A stretch of 64,000 nucleotides of DNA. Source: an uncultured Acidobacteriota bacterium (GTDB lineage: Bacteria > Acidobacteriota > Terriglobia > Acidiferrales > UBA7541). This document shows, in pieces, positions 63,123 to 64,000 of the stretch. The stretch lies in NCBI GenBank assembly GCA_963790945.1, contig CAWBRH010000015.1:51695-115694 (forward strand). Reading direction: 5' to 3'. How positions within the stretch are numbered: position 1 is the stretch's first letter; each line of letters starts with the position of its first letter. The position numbers were made by a program, and so were the translations under genes. The notes beneath the pieces are model-generated. The model was not told where the DNA came from and did not search any database. It was given only the letters and a program-made list of their open reading frames with translations.

Positions 63123-64000
63123 ATGTCCGAAGAAAAACACACAAACGCAGAATACTTCCTGGGGCTTGATGGCGGCGGGACGAAAACGGATTGCGTACTG
63201 GTCGATGGTTCTGGTAAAACTCTCGCCCGTTCAACAGCGGGCCCATCGAATCCGATTCGTGCGGGCTACGCGAAGGCGTGGTTCACCCTTAGCGACGCGG
63301 CCGATGTGGTGCTCGAGCACCAGCACATCAAAGCCGGAGATATTCGCGGCATTTACGCGGGCATCGGCGGAGCGGGAAGAGATGTGGTTGCAAGGCGGAT
63401 CGGTACCTTCCTCGAGAACGCGTTTCCCCAGGCCGCGGTAACAGTCACAACAGACTTGGCCATTACTCTACAAGCGGCAGTAGGCGACGGTGAAGGACTC
63501 GTGTCTGATAATCAGCACGGGCTCCGCTGCGTACGGTCGCAACTCTGCCGGGATTACGGCGCGCGCGGGCGGACGCGGTCCCTGGTTCAGCGATGAAGGA
63601 AGCGCGTTTGACATCGGGAGGCGTGCGCTTGCCGCTGTAGTGCGCGCTGAAGAAAATCGCGGCCCCGAAACGGCGCTATCGGAACGGGTGATGAAATGGC
63701 TGGGATGCGCGGAGTGGAACCGAGTCCTCGATTGGGTTGTGAAAAATCCAGATGATGTATTTCCGCGAATTTTTCCGCTGGTCGCCGAATTGGGAGACAA
63801 AGGAGATCCCGTTTGCGAGTCCATTTTGTCTAACGCGGCCGAATCCCTCACCGAGCTTGTCGCCAGCGTATTATCTCGGCTGAAGTTGAACGACAGTGAG
63901 GTTCCCATCGCGAAAGCTGGCGGTGCCGTCGGTCGCAGTAGATTTTTTGATGCCGCGATCGATGAAGGTCTAAACCGCGTAGCTCCACGCGCCAGGTTGA
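63123..64000 (+). pseudogene. BadF/BadG/BcrA/BcrD-type ATPase family sugar kinase (N-acetylglucosamine/MurNAc kinase-like); frame break near 63505; runs off the window
   Basis: YFLGLDGGGTKTDCVLVD is in ORF 63123..63596. The continuation ...TGSAAYGRNSAGITARAGGRGPWFSDEGSAFDIGRRAL... reads in another frame and is open to base 64000. Confidence 0.75.

Overview
This is a GC-rich bacterial chromosomal segment. The gene content and the REP-type intergenic hairpins look like a soil Acidobacteriota-type genome, but that assignment is inference only. I can support about 65 protein genes and 2 tRNAs (Gln-UUG, Ser-GGA). Most are housekeeping or core metabolism: alaS, recX, carD, tsaB-rimI, psd-pssA-asd-lptE-holA, rpsT, protocatechuate-branch genes (pcaB-pcaD-pcaC, pobA), ppa, fumC, a csoR-copA copper operon, a GT2-PTPS-PTPS-folE operon, and rpsO-pnp. 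At the 3' end sits murA next to a MurNAc/peptidoglycan-recycling cluster: murQ, a GH3 + beta-lactamase-like fusion, a DUF1343/NamZ-like gene, an SSS transporter and a BadF-type sugar kinase. I found no CRISPR array, integrase, transposase, prophage or recognisable defence module. The most striking sequence-level feature is roughly thirty reading-frame breaks, clustered in blocks and hitting essential genes; the likeliest cause is uncorrected assembly indels. I could not identify a convincing new multi-gene system. The best leads are: (1) the copper locus, with a perfect CsoR-type palindrome, an atypical CopA N-terminus, an orphan 75-aa ORF and a terminator-ended candidate ncRNA; (2) the GT2-PTPS-PTPS-FolE operon; (3) the PTS-independent-looking MurNAc salvage cluster; (4) an AT-rich palindromic repeat family present at two loci; (5) a response-regulator/cheR fusion scar.
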